Source: Octopus sinensis
Lineage: Eukaryota
NCBI RefSeq assembly: GCF_006345805.1
Contig: NC_042998.1
Coordinates: 8,742,001 to 8,806,000, forward strand
DNA length: 64,000 bases
Direction of reading: 5' to 3'
Positions 33,437 to 46,409 of this stretch are shown here, one piece after another. The notes under the pieces were generated by a model. That model saw only the letters and a program-made list of their open reading frames with translations. It was not told where the DNA came from and made no database searches. Both the position numbers and the translations under genes were made by a program. The stretch's first letter is position 1. The number at the start of each line of letters is the position of its first letter.

Positions 33437-36400
33437 GGATCTTTTCTATTCTGAAGCCAGTTTTTTCAAATTTTTCCTACTGAACCAAACAATTTGAAAC
33501 TTCGTATACTGGTAGAATGTGTCAAAAGTAAACTTAATTGTAAACCAGAATGAAAACGGAATTGTAACTTCTAAGGTTAACGTTGTTTAATAATTAGAAT
33601 TTTAACCAATGATATTCCGTCATTCGGCTTTATTTTATTTACTCCGTCTCGACCACCAATTTCGTGACGTATTAAACAATGTAAACAAGCTATAGTCAGC
33701 CACCTTCTAATAACAAAAGTTTGTCTTTGAAGTTACCGTCTAGGGGAAGCATTGATGTACATGTGTGTGTGTGTGTGTTTGATGGGGTGTGGGAGACAGT
33801 ATGTTGTGTAAGTGAAGTGCTTCTGTTAGTGTGTGTGAAGAGACAGAGAGAGTAATGTGTAGTGATCCTACAACGGCGCGCGCTCGCGCACTGTCCATTT
33901 GTATTTCGCGCGTGTTGGTGCCTTTACGAAGGCAGAGAAGGGAAGGGCCCTCTCGCGCATGCGCGAACCACCGGAAGCACGACCCGCTTGCCTATCGTGG
34001 TAGTTAGCGAGGCAAGGAGGTCGTAGAACGTTTGACCACTGGCAGCAGTCATCGAGGACTTGGGACCCAGCGATTGAAGGCAACGTCACGCGATATATTT
34101 TCTCTCCGTTGGAACTAGCTTCTAGCAGTCCTTACCAAATTGTTGCCGACCAAATCATCTTCTTCCTCAGGACGCCATCTTGACCCCTTTCTGTTTTTGG
34201 GCTGAAGATTGTAAATATTACAATCTATTAACTTTCAGCCTTGCGCGCCCAGAATCAAGGACATCAGATAACACACTTATTGTTATTGTTAACAAGAAAG
34301 AGAATAAAGTAGTTATATATATATATTTCACGTCTGCGTCTTGTTGTTTCTGACTAGCAGAGATTCTGGATTATTAAAGCAACGGCTAGTGAGTGATTGC
34401 TTTGTGCACCCCAAAAGTGCACGAGGATATTCACCTCACACGCTAAGTTCGTTTTCAGTGGTGACTCCCGACGTGATTCTGGTCTAAAACCAGAGATCAC
34501 TTATCAACAAAGAAATCCAGTTTTTCTGCGAGGTCGGAACACGATTTAACTCTACGCATCATCTTTCGACGATTTGTTTCCGGCCACCACAAACAGTTGT
34601 AGAAGGAGCCCTTTCCTTCTTCTACAGCCATGATGAGGGACGCCATCATATATTCGATGCCTTTTCTCCACCTTCGTCATCATCATCGTCGTCTGTCTAC
34701 TTCACGTCGTCGCTATCTTCGTCGCCATCATCACTAAGAACGATGTTGTCCCAAGTCCACTACAGTCGCCTTCCACCACCAACGTCGCCTTTCAACACCG
34801 TCGACCTCAACCAAGATGTACATAGCAACTCGCGGAAGTTTGGTCCACTTGCCGTTTGTGCATTAGCACACCAAGAATTCACAGCCCAGCACTATCTGCG
34901 AGATTTCTTCTGTTCCAGTTAACCTGTCACAGCATTGAAGCCACAACCGCGACACGATATGTGTTCAATCGGCATCTGCATTTTGTGATTTCAACATTTC
35001 TGTTACAGAACGAACTGCTATTGTGCATCAGGCTATTATAGACTGGTAAACTAATTCCATTGTCTGGAATAGCCCGAGAGACATTTTTTCTATGCGCTGT
35101 ATATTTTTATATTTTGCTCGCATTCACCTTGTATGTATTTCTGTCACACACACGTACACACACATAAATGCTCTCTCTCACATACATACGTCACACATGC
35201 TTTTCTCGCTTGTTTGTTCCATGCTAAATTTGCCTTTTGTGGACACCCCTCATTTCTATAGACCCTAGGTCGGTCACGTATACATAGAGAGGGTTGTTTG
35301 TCCATTATAACGCGCCAGCATGTCATACTTTTGTTCCTGTGCGAACGAGGCATATAATCGCTCAACCACTGGCTTATTCTTGCTGTTTTTTTCGGTCTGG
35401 CAAGCCCTTATTGCATTTCATGCGCCTTTTGCTTCGCACGTGTATTGCCTTGTTTTTTGCAACACGTTTGCGTTAGCCTAATTCTTTTCCCGACTCATAG
35501 ACGTCGGATGTTCAAATGCGCTGCGCCGATTTATAGGCGTAATTATTTTTCCCTGTTAGACCACTGTTTGGTCACGTAATTAACAGAAAATTATCTGTGT
35601 CGCTCATCACACCAGCGTGTTTGCACCTTTTGCCTTTTGTGTTACTAGCGAGCTTCTGCCAATTCCATTTCCTCTCCTGCAGCAATTGATTTAACTGCTA
35701 TTTCGCAGGATCAACCACCTTTAGAGAAGTTGGATTTAATTTCGTTTAGGTTCATTAACTGTGAGTTTTGCTTTCCTTCCGCTCCTTTCAGCGGAAGGGT
35801 TTCTACTTTGTGACGTATACACTTTCATGCATGCACTCTTGATTTTTGCTCATTGAGTATTTTTTCTCTTTTTTCTTTAGTAAATTTCTTGTGTATGTTA
35901 TAAATTTTGCCATTATATTATTGTGTGCTATTTGGTTATCTGGTGTCCACCTTGAGTTTTGCAGTCACTACAATAAGTTTCCTTTCGTGCGTACGCACTG
36001 GAGGGGAGCCTGTAGTGATCCTACAACGGCGCGCGCTCGCGCACTGTCCATTTGTATTTCGCGCGTGTTGGTGCCTTTACCAAGGCAGAGAAAGGAAGGG
36101 CCCTCTTGCGCATGCGCGAACCACCGGAAGCACGACCCGCTTGCCTATCGCGGTAGTTAGCGAGGCAAGGAGGTCGTAGAACGTTTGACCACTGGCAGCA
36201 GTCATCGAGGACTTGGGACCCAGCGATTGAAGGCAACGTCACGCGATATATTTTCTCTCCGTTGGAACTAGCTTCTAGCAGTCCTTACCAAATTGTTGCC
36301 GACCAAATCATCTTCTTCCTCAGGACGCCATCTTGACCCCTTTCTGTTTTTGGGCTGAAGATTGTAAATATTACAATCTATTAACTTTCAGCCTTGCGCG

Positions 36401-36804
36401 CACAGAATCAAGGACATCAGATAACACACTTATTGTTATTGTTAACAAGAAAGAGAATAAAGTAGTTATATATATATATTTCACGTCTGCGTCTTGTTGT
36501 TTCTGACTAGCAGAGATTCTGGATTATTAAAGCAACGGCTAGTGAGTGATTGCTTTGTGCACCCCAAAAGTGCACGAGGATATATCACTCACTAAGTTTG
36601 TTTCAAATGTGTGAAAGAGAGAGATAACTGAAATTTTTTACTCGGTGTATGTGTATATGCCTGAATGTATGTGTGTATGTATCTGTGTATGTGTATGTAT
36701 GTATGTATGTATGGCCGATTCAATGTAATTTTTTACACATACTTACACACACACACATACATACACACACACATGCAGACATACATATACACATACACCG
36801 AGTA

Positions 36805-36855
<51 letters not shown>

Positions 36856-37373
36856 TTTATAAAAATATGGTAAAGTAAAAAAATTACTTAACCACACACC
36901 GAGCTTTTTAGAAATAGCAGCCAAAAATTTCTCAACTGCAAGAAAAAGTCTCCCAGACAATGCATACTCAGAAATAATTCGCATACGTATAAGAGAAAAA
37001 CAACGAAAAATCACATGGATTCTCCGATATATGTTATAAAAATATGGATTCTCCGATATAATTTATAAAAATATGGTAAAGTAAAAAAATTACTTTACCA
37101 CACACAAAGCTTTTTAGAAATAGCAGACGTCACAAAACTGCTTTCAACGTCACACTAACAGATCGCAGTAACGTTTTAGATATGAAAACAAGCAATCTCA
37201 TTGGTTAAAATTCGCAGTTTTAATCTACGATTAAAGTCATAAAATAGATTTTTCTCAAATAAACTAGTTTCAACTGGCGAATAAACTAGTTCCACTCTAT
37301 GAGTACACAAAGTTTCAAATTATTTAGTTAACTAGAAAGATCTGGGGTCCTGGCCACAAATTTGAAAAGATCC
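33437..37373. mobile_element. Non-autonomous DNA transposon with GGATCTTTTC TIRs and 8-bp TSD (Merlin- or MULE-like, superfamily uncertain)
   Basis: CAGTCATG|GGATCTTTTC at 33429-33446 and GAAAAGATCC|CAGTCATG at 37364-37381. Confidence 0.8.
33858..36605 (+). mobile_element. Non-autonomous LTR retrotransposon (Gypsy-like signals)
   Basis: LTRs at 33858-34457 and 36011-36605 (TG...CA, near-identical). AATG TSD at 33854-33857 and 36606-36609. PBS TGGTGACTCCCGACGTGATT at 34459-34478 and PPT GGAGGGGAG just before the 3' LTR. No long internal ORF. Confidence 0.92.
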
Positions 37374-38096
37374 CAGTCATGTACACAACTTGGACGGACA
37401 CATGCCAGTACACGGACATACGTTCACATACACATACACATATACACACTCTCACAGACACGTCTGACCATTCTCCTAGACACTCACATACATACGTAGC
37501 ACATGAGTACAAACATACATACATACCTACGTATGGGCATACACACGTACATACGCACGTACATGTATGCACACACATACATGGGCACATGCATACGTGT
37601 GCGTATACATACATACGCACATGCATACGTATGTACATACACACATACATACATACATACATACATACATACATACGCACATACATACATACATACATAC
37701 ATACATACATACGCACAATAGTAAAACAAAAGTTCTGTGATATAGAGATAATTATCTGATAATAGGTTTTAGGGTATAGTTTTGGGAGTAAGGGTCGTAA
37801 ATCACTTCCAGGCTTCGGCCGGGGGGGGAGTTGAAATTTGATATTATTGTGATGAGTGGTCACTCTACATCTATCCATCGCTACAGGTTTATAGCTTTAT
37901 GTTTATAGTGTGTATGTGCGTGCATATAGACACACATACATATATACATACATACATACATACATACATGCATACACAGGCGTATGTACGTACATGCTTA
38001 CGTACATACATACACACATGTATGCATACATACACACATACATACGTACATATATATGATGAACTAACTGTTACTTTCTCAGATGCAGCACGGATT

Positions 38097-38146
38097 TTTG
38101 TCAGTGAACAGGTCGTGGATTTTAGCGACGAAAATATTTTGACAAA
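38097..38146 (+). ncRNA. Minimal type I hammerhead-like fold with G3-C8 variant core in the PLE 3' region
   Basis: TTTGTCA-GTGAACA-G-GTCGT(GGATTTTA)GCGAC-GAA-AATATT-T-TGACAAA: 7-bp stem I, 5-bp stem II with one extra G, and palindromic stem III AATATT. Confidence 0.55.
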
Positions 38147-38283
38147 TTAAACTTAAATGTTGAAGTGAATTGAACGGCTTTTGTGTGTTTCTTAAATGGC
38201 TTATAAACACCTTCCACGCTGCAATTGTTTTCGTTTCAGCGCACGATCTCAGATCAAATTACTTACTATGCGAGTACATCTCC

Positions 38284-38337
<54 letters not shown>

Positions 38338-38453
38338 GAAAAATACAAACTGGGACAAGAACGTAAAACATTTAGAAGACGATACAAAAAACACGGACGG
38401 GAAAATTCGAAGCCTTCAATCTTCAGTCATGAACCGGATCATCCTAGCAATTT

Positions 38454-38559
<106 letters not shown>

Positions 38560-38614
38560 TACATATATATATATATATTTTATTCATATATATGTGTATG
38601 TATACAAATAAATA

Positions 38615-38775
38615 TGTGGAGACACATTGCCTAGTGGTTGGAGCAGCAGACTCGTGGTCGAGGGATCGCGAGTTCAAATCCCAGACCAGGCAATGTGTAT
38701 GTTTATGAGTGAAACACGTAAGCTCCATGCGGCTCCAGCAGAAGGTAATTGCGAACTTCTGCTGACTCTTTCGCC
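38615..38775 (+). mobile_element. tRNA-derived SINE head (copy 1)
   Basis: TTGCCTAGTGG (A-box like) and GAGTTCAAATCCC (B-box), followed by non-tRNA body. Duplicated at about 44950-45110. Confidence 0.7.
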
Positions 38776-38812
38776 CCAAATTATCCTCCATCATCCCTCC
38801 TACATCAAGCAA

Positions 38813-39220
38813 CCCTATATCTTATGTATATATTCGTACTTGTACGACTGTATATCTATGTTATGTGTATATATCTCTCAATTATTTATGAATGGTTTAC
38901 CCTCCTGTGGATTGGAATGCATTTCTATTATCGCAAACCCTGAAATCTTAAGATAGGCAAATGTCTTTTACTGTAGCCTGCGGCCGATCAAGCATTATGA
39001 GTGGACTTGGTAAACGGAAACTGAAAGTCCACTAATAATGTTTGATCGGCTGCAGGCTACAGTAAAAGACATTTGCCTATCTTAAGATTTCAGGGTTTGC
39101 GATAATAGAAATGCATTCCAATCCACAGGAGGGTAAACCATTCATAAATAATTGAGAGATATATACACATAACATAGATATACAGTCGTACAAGTACGAA
39201 TATATACATAAGATATAGGG
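38813..39220. repeat. Fold-back palindrome, ~196-bp arms, 16-nt spacer
   Basis: 38813-39008 pairs with 39025-39220 with only a few mismatches. Confidence 0.92.
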
Positions 39221-39892
39221 CTGTCCACAATACTTTGTTAATTCTTTCTGTCCAGTTTCCTCGCATACAACCTTGTAGTAACAGACGTATAATTGAAGTA
39301 GTTTGTAGTCCAATTAGCCTCTATTTCTAGCGTACAAGTGTTGCCAATTCAGCGCCCTTTATTATAATTCTATTTTTATAAATACAGTTCAATATATGTG
39401 TGAGTGTGTGTATGTGTATTTAATCAAAGGGTATTATATTATATATTGTAGTATGATTATGTGTGTTTGCATCCCTTGTGTGTGTGTGTGTGTGTGCGTG
39501 TGCATATGTGTATATGTGTGCGTGTGTGTATGTGTATATGTGTGCGTGTGTGTATGTGTGTGTGCGTATCTATCTTTCCTTTTTCGGTGCTGTTTGTGCT
39601 ACTTTGTCTAAAAATCTCTAAAATTAACTTCGTTACGGTCTGCCTAAACCGTAGAACGTTTTAATTCCTCTAAGCAAATGAAACGCCCGAAATCTACAAT
39701 AAATAACACTAGCCGTAGGAACAATGGCGAAACAGCCATGGGTCTGGGCAGCTCTTCACTTGACCAGCTTCTGCCACTCAATTTAATGCATGCCAGCAAA
39801 TCTTTGTACTAAAGATATTTAAAAACCTGACGTAAAATATTGAATGCGATTCATGTTGCCTGGCATGAAGATGGGTTTTAAATGACTCCTAC

Positions 39893-39943
39893 CTTCAATT
39901 GAAGCAGGAATGTTTTCATTCGGCTGTGATTCTCTCTCTCTTC
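39893..39943 (-). CDS. Putative host micro-exon 5 (51 nt, phase 1-1): (G)RERESQPNENIPASIE(G)
   Basis: Acceptor CTGTCTTATCGATTTTCAG and donor AAG|GTAGGAGTCATTT. Length is divisible by 3, and four paralogous exons share the flanks. Confidence 0.7.
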
Positions 39944-40604
39944 CTGAAAATCGATAAGACAGAGACAGTCATTTAACAAAATTAATATATGAGTAACATT
40001 TAATTGATATATATATATATATATACAAACCTTTCTACCGGAAGCACAAGGGCTCAAAATTTGGGGGAAGGGTTACGTGCGTAACTGGTACTTAATTTAT
40101 CGGCCCCGAAAAGATGAAAGGAAAAGTTGACTTAGGCGGAATTTGGACTCATCGATATATATAATAACGGTTACAATACAATGAATATTTTTTTACTATA
40201 AATTATATTCAATTTGAACCAAGTTTAAGAAACTTAATGCGAATTTCAAAATTGATAAATTTCCATTTGTTTAACGCACGGGGACGTTACAGAATTAGAG
40301 TCAAGGCTCGTTTCAACTCCACTCAACATTTTGTTGCGACAAGCACATTTACTGCTTGACCATTGATATTTTTGTATTTAATTCAAAGAATTTTTCTTGA
40401 ACTGTAACCAACATCAAAATTGCCAAAAGTGTTACACAAAGGACAATAAGCAATACCTTATTAAATGGCAAGATATCAAAAGACCCTTTTTCTAAAACCT
40501 TCCTTCTAATTATAAGGTTTCCAAATGAGCAGACACCATGGAATTTGCATAGACCTTGATAGTCTTATATAAAAGTTTTCATGTAAAAACATTATATTAT
40601 TATT

Positions 40605-41400
40605 ATTATTATTGTTGTTGTTGTTTTTTGTCATTGCATAGCTTCTAAAGCTGGAGATGTACTACGGTGCTAGCTGTCCACTACCAGTGAACTAAGGTAA
40701 CACCCCTAATTTTTCGAGCACCATCCGGAGTATTCGAGTGGTTCCAAGCAGTACTGTTTTCTGCAAGTGATTTACACTTATTGCAGCCCCTATTTGTTCC
40801 ATGTACTTCTCAAGATTTATACTCCCTGTTCGCAGGGCTCTAACAATTATTTTTACTACTAGCACCTTGTTCATCGACCACAACTGCTTAACCTCCCAAG
40901 CTAACCTGTCATATCTACTGATTTTTCTTTCTTCTTTGTTGTCAGCTGGGCTTGCTATATCTATGATCCAGCATCATTTGCTTTCTTTCTCAATTAAAAC
41001 TATGTCTGGCTACCTACTCTCTGTGTCATGGACGCACTGAATCATAAAATCCCATAGGTTCTTTGCATTATCATTTTCGATAATGCGTTCGGGTTTATGT
41101 TCGTACCACTTTTTTGCTCTGTCAAGCACATGTTTCTTGCAAAGTGTCCAGCGGTCATTCCTTTGTAGAATCTCTTCTGATCTACACTGAATATCCTTTT
41201 CCGTTGGTGGACCTTCAGTCTTTGGTTGTATCTTACGATCTTTGCTTTCTCTGCAACGTAACGCCGTTTCAGTTCCTCCATTACCAGTTTCAGGCCACTT
41301 CTCTAAATACCATACCTCCTGTTCAGTGCCATGTATTTCTCTTCGCTAATAAACTCCCCCTTCTCTTTCCCGACCAAACCAGAAATGTCCTTCTAGAGCA
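40605..41400 (-). mobile_element. R4/Dong-like (restriction-like endonuclease) LINE, internally deleted
   Basis: PDIVLIEKE..IIDIA..KISRYDRL..HLQKTVLLGTTRILR (RLE) is fused to the N-terminal EELKRRY..DQKRFYK segment. The tail is (AAC/AAT)n. Confidence 0.75.
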
Positions 41401-41512
41401 TACCTAACCCCGCCTGTATTCTTCTTTTCCACCATAAATAATTTCTTTTGTCAATGTCATTATATTTCTTTTTCTTGATATCACCACACACATTTTTAGA
41501 TACAACAATATT

Positions 41513-41514
<2 letters not shown>

Positions 41515-41543
<29 letters not shown>

Positions 41544-41589
41544 CCACCACCATCACCACCATCACCACCACCACCACTACCACCATCAC

Positions 41590-41649
<60 letters not shown>

Positions 41650-41716
41650 TATTATTATTATTATCATTATTATAATTATTATTATTATCATCATTACTGG
41701 TTTATTATTATTATTA

Positions 41717-41762
<46 letters not shown>
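41515..41762. repeat. Compound trinucleotide microsatellite (CAT)n/(CAC)n/(TAT)n
   Basis: Direct reading. Confidence 0.95.
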
Positions 41763-41961
41763 GTTTTTTCCTTCTTTCTTCAAATTTTCTTCCGTTTCTC
41801 GCCGAATGTTTTCCATACACCTTGGGCAGAGAAGCTCATTGTATGCATTCCCAAATTACACGCGCAAATTCACAGATAAAATATGTATTTAAAAATTAAT
41901 AAACAAATAAATTCATGGATGGATGTGGTTTTCACAGCGATAATGCTCTTTTCAGTACATG

Positions 41962-41975
41962 AATTATTATTATTA

Positions 41976-42040
<65 letters not shown>

Positions 42041-42730
42041 TAGTTTATTTTTATAGCGTGCTTTCACTTCACTACCGAGCGCAGCTCTGTGTGCCTTGGG
42101 TATGTGCTGTGATTTGTTGTGATGCTCTGATGGTTATTGTATGGAAAGTGTTCTGTGTAGGATGTGTGCAGTGCCTAGTAGTGCAATTTTCTACATGTTA
42201 TATGTGTTTGTAAGTCCTGGTGTTTTTGTTATGTATTTGTCTGAATATTTTTTATCATGCCTGATGAATCTACTATGATAGGAATTGTTTCTGTTTTTAG
42301 ATTCCACATTCTGGTTACCTCTATTTCCAGGTCTTTGTATTTTGAAAATTTCTCCATTTCTTTTAAAGACACGTTGTCATCTGCCGGTATTGATACATCA
42401 ATTAGAAAGCATTTTTTTTCTTCATGATCTCTGACAACTATATCTGGTCTGTTGGCCTTAATTTCTCTATCTGTGTGTATCGGCATATCCCAGAGTATGG
42501 TTGCTTTCTCGTTTCGGTGACCTTTTCTCGTGTGTGCCTATACCATATTTTTTCTCTTGTTATTCCATAATGTTGGCATAGCTTCCAGTGTATGTAGGTT
42601 CCAACTCTGCCATGTCTGTGAATATATTCCTTCTTAGCCAGGACTGGGCAGCCAGAGATAATATGATTTATTGTTTCTTGTCCATCTCCACATATTCTGC
42701 AGTTACTTGTTATATTTATACTTGTTATAA
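41962..42730 (-). mobile_element. Second R4/Dong-like LINE 3' fragment with (AAT)n tail
   Basis: IHTDREIKANRPDIVVRD..LIDVSIP..KFSKYKDL (RLE PD..D..K pattern). The same tail recurs at 42775-42870 and 47930-48130. Confidence 0.8.
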
Positions 42731-42873
42731 TATTATTATTATTATTATTATTATCATTATTATTATTATTATTCAGTAGTTTTATTTTTATAGCGTGCTT
42801 TCACTTCACTACCGAGCGCAGCTCTGTGTGCCTTAGGTATGTGCTGTGATTTGTTGTGATGCTCTGATGGTTA

Positions 42874-42941
<68 letters not shown>

Positions 42942-43199
42942 TTATACACACAATAGATTAGACTGTTGGAAAAGAAAAATTGCAAATATCAGACTGCAAC
43001 ATGTGAAATATTCACAGGTCCCGCTAGATTCTAGACGTGAGACAATACTTCACTTTACAGTAAGATACTGACGATCAACTATCTTTTGATACAGAAACGA
43101 CACAGGCTAAGATTTCAGGTGTTGTAGGATAAAGTTTTCTGAAATAGTCCAATTATTTTACGTGAATTACTCACGAGTCTCGCTACTTACGCTATATCA

Positions 43200-43834
43200 G
43201 ACAACCCGTCACTTTACAATAATTAACAGAAAAGCGAATATCTTTTGATACAGACATAACACAGGCTACACTTTTAGGTCCTCTACGAGTATTATCCTCC
43301 ATTTTGTGAGTTGATAGATGTGAAAACAGTCCGATCCTGGAATGGGATGTCCTTGAGCAGAGATGATAAAGGAAGTTGTCCATTATATTGGTGGTGAGTC
43401 TGAGATGACGTCACTTTTCATCAAGTTTCTTACGCTGGATTAGTTCAAAAGAGTGCGGCTCCTTCGTCACAGAAGGTGCACCAAGTTTGCCGGTTCAAAG
43501 CAATGTGTTCAAATTGTGCCGGTTGAATGTTGCAGGAGTTGTGAAGATGCTTAAGACGGACCCTGAACATTTTCTGGGGTCCCCTGTACGGCCGAACACC
43601 AATTGATAGTGCTCTGAAGGAGGCCATTTTCGCTAAACGATTGTGAAGTATCCTGAACACCTGACCGACCCATCTTTGAAAACGGCGGTGGATGATGGCT
43701 TCAACACTGAATATTTGTCATTGCTGGGGAATTTCTGTGCGTGGGACCTTATCTTTATAAGAAATGCAGAAAATTCGTTGGGGACAATTGATGTGAAATG
43801 CCTCCCATTTCTTCACATGATGGCGGTGTAAGGT
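43200..43834 (-). pseudogene. BovB-like RTE C-terminal fragment (copy 2)
   Basis: Duplicate of 27794-28350. Includes CSRTSHSRIGLFSH, a remnant of the C-terminal zinc finger. Confidence 0.7.
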
Positions 43835-44814
43835 TCCGCATTCACAGCCATACATTAAAAGCTAAAAGCTAAGAGTAAAAGAAAAACGCACCGAGAAAAA
43901 GAGGGTAAAGCGAAGAGTGAGAGAGAAAGAGGGAGAGTTCTGTGTATTTATTCAATAAAATCGTGCATAAAGTATATAAAATGTATATATAATGAGATTT
44001 AACTAGTCACCGTATTCCAATTTCCTTCACATTTCAATGATAAGATGAGAGACTGTCATTTGATACAGACAAAACACAGTTTTCAGAGATAACCCCTAGA
44101 GTTAAAACCCATCAAATTTTCATGGGTTTCGCTAGTTATTCTAAATCAGTCCTTCACTTTTCAAAGATTAGCAGATGTGCGATTATCTTTTGTTACAAAC
44201 AAAACAATGTCTATACTTTCAACTCTTTTGGATAAAGTTATCAGAAACAACCTAACAAGTTGTCAATTAATTCCCTGAAATGTTCACGTCCAATTATGCA
44301 TTGCTAGAAATAACAGCCAAAACATCTCTTAGCTACGATAAAGCACTTATCTTATGACAGATAAGGGAGGCATGCACACTACAGCATCCGAGACATAGAG
44401 AGATTATCAGTGATTTCGCATCTGATTCAGGCTCGTCAGTGGCTCTTACCCATTGCTCTAGTCTTAAGCTGGCTTCCCCTGTCTGTTTAAAAGGTTTACA
44501 GTAGTAATCTCACTCTGCTTTCATGAATGGTAAATTTGAAAATAATAACTTTATAAGGTGGCTTATCCGCAATTTAGAAGTGGAAGGCAGAACTATAGAT
44601 GCCACTAAACTGAGTAAGGGTTCTAGCTTACACCAGCATTGCTAGAAATAACAGTCAAAACAAATCTTGCCCATGATATAACTCCAATCTACCAATCTAT
44701 CTATCTACATACATACATACATACAGACGCATATATATACATATATATATTTGTATATATACACTCATTTATATATATGTACATATATATTTTTGCTTAT
44801 ATACATATATATTT

Positions 44815-44892
<78 letters not shown>

Positions 44893-44949
44893 GCATACAT
44901 ATGTATATATATATATATTCATATATATGAGTATGTATACAAATAAATA

Positions 44950-45110
44950 TGTGGAGACACATGGCCTAGTGGTTGGGGCAGCAGACTCGTGGTCGAGGGA
45001 TCGCGAGTTCAAATCCCAGACCAGGCGATGTGTATGTTTATGAGTGAAACACGTAAGCTCCATGCGACTCCAGCAGAAGGTAATTGCGAACTTCTGCTGA
45101 CTCTTTCGCC
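44950..45110 (+). mobile_element. tRNA-derived SINE head (copy 2)
   Basis: TGGCCTAGTGG and GAGTTCAAATCCC boxes. Duplicate of 38615-38775. Confidence 0.7.
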
Positions 45111-45147
45111 CCAAATTATCCTCCATCATTCCTCCTACATCAAGCAA

Positions 45148-45594
45148 CCCTATATCTTATGTATATATTCGTACTTGTACGACTGTATATATATGTTATG
45201 TGTATCTTTTTATGTGTACGACTGTATATCTATGTTATGTGTATATATCTCTCAATTATTTATGAATGGTTTACCCTCCTGTGGATTGGAATGCGTTTCT
45301 ATTATCGCAAACCCTGAAATCTCAAGATAGGCAAATATCTTTTACTGTAGCCTGTGGCCGATCAAACATTATGAGTGGACTTGGTAAACGGAAACTGAAA
45401 GTCCACTCATAATGTTTGATCGGCCGCAGGCTACAGTAAAAGACATTTGCCCATCTTAAGATTTCAGGGTCTGCGATAATAGAAATGCATTCCAATCCAC
45501 AGGAGGGTAAACCATTCATAAATAATTGAGAGATATATACACATAACATAGATATACAGTCGTACAAGTACGAATATATACATAAGATATAGGG
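45148..45594. repeat. Fold-back palindrome (duplicate of 38813-39220)
   Basis: Arms are about 45148-45382 and 45399-45594; the left arm carries an extra short tandem duplication. Confidence 0.9.
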
Positions 45595-46265
45595 CTGTCC
45601 ACAATACTTTGTTAATTCTTTCTGTCCAGTTTCCTCGCATACAACCTTGTAGTAACAGACGTATAATTGAAGTAGTTTGTAGTCCAATTAGCATCTATTT
45701 CTAGCGTACAAGTGTTGCCAATTCAGCGCCCTTTATTATAATTCTATTTTTATAAATACAGTTCAATATATGTGTGAGTGTGTGTGGTGTGAGTGTGCGT
45801 ATGTGTATTTAATCAAAGGGTATTATATTATATATTGTAGTATGATTATGTGTGTTTGCATCCCTTGTGTGTGTGCGTATGTGTATATGTGTGCGTGTGT
45901 GTATGTGTATATGTGTGCGTGTGTGTATGTGTGTGTGCGTATCTATCTTTCCTTTTTCGGTGCTGTTTGTGCTACTTTGTCTAAAAATCTCTAAAATTAA
46001 CTTCGTTACGGTCTGCCTAAACCGTAGAACGTTTTAATTCCTCTAAGCAAATGAAACGCCCGAAATCTACAATAAATAACACTAGCCGTAGGAACAATGG
46101 CAAAACAGCCATGGGTCTGGGCAGCTCTTCACTTGACCAGCTTCTGCCACTCAATTTAACGCATGCCAGCAAATCTTTGTACTAAAGATATTTAAAAACC
46201 TGACGTAAAATATTGAATGCGATTCATGTTGCCTGGCATGAAGATGGGTTTTAAATGACTCCTAC

Positions 46266-46316
46266 CTTCAATTGAAGCAGGAATGTTTTCATTCGGCTGT
46301 GATTCTCTCTCTCTTC
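46266..46316 (-). CDS. Putative host micro-exon 4 (51 nt, identical to 39893-39943)
   Basis: Same acceptor and donor context as the other micro-exons. Confidence 0.7.
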
Positions 46317-46378
46317 CTGAAAATCGATAAGACAGAGACAGTCATTTAACAAAATTAATATATGAGTAACATTTAATT

Positions 46379-46409
<31 letters not shown>

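Larger units (their letters stand above)
30172..38280 (+). mobile_element. Penelope-like element locus: inverted partial terminal copy, RT/GIY-YIG body, and 3' region interrupted by nested elements
   Basis: 30172-30803 is the near-identical reverse complement of about 37600-38228. The ORF is 31076-33181, and the 3' region is split by the TSD-flanked insertion at 33437-37373. Confidence 0.7.

Noticed and set aside
38615-38690. tRNA-like sequence (also 44950-45025 and 900-970)
   Set aside because: A- and B-boxes are present, but there is no complete cloverleaf or acceptor stem, and it continues into SINE body.
40350-40500. Hydrophobic reading VLLIVLCVTLLAILMLVTV, resembling a TM helix or signal peptide
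   Set aside because: The frame is not preserved in paralogous modules (stops and indels near 50950 and 54770), and AT-rich DNA readily yields such residues.
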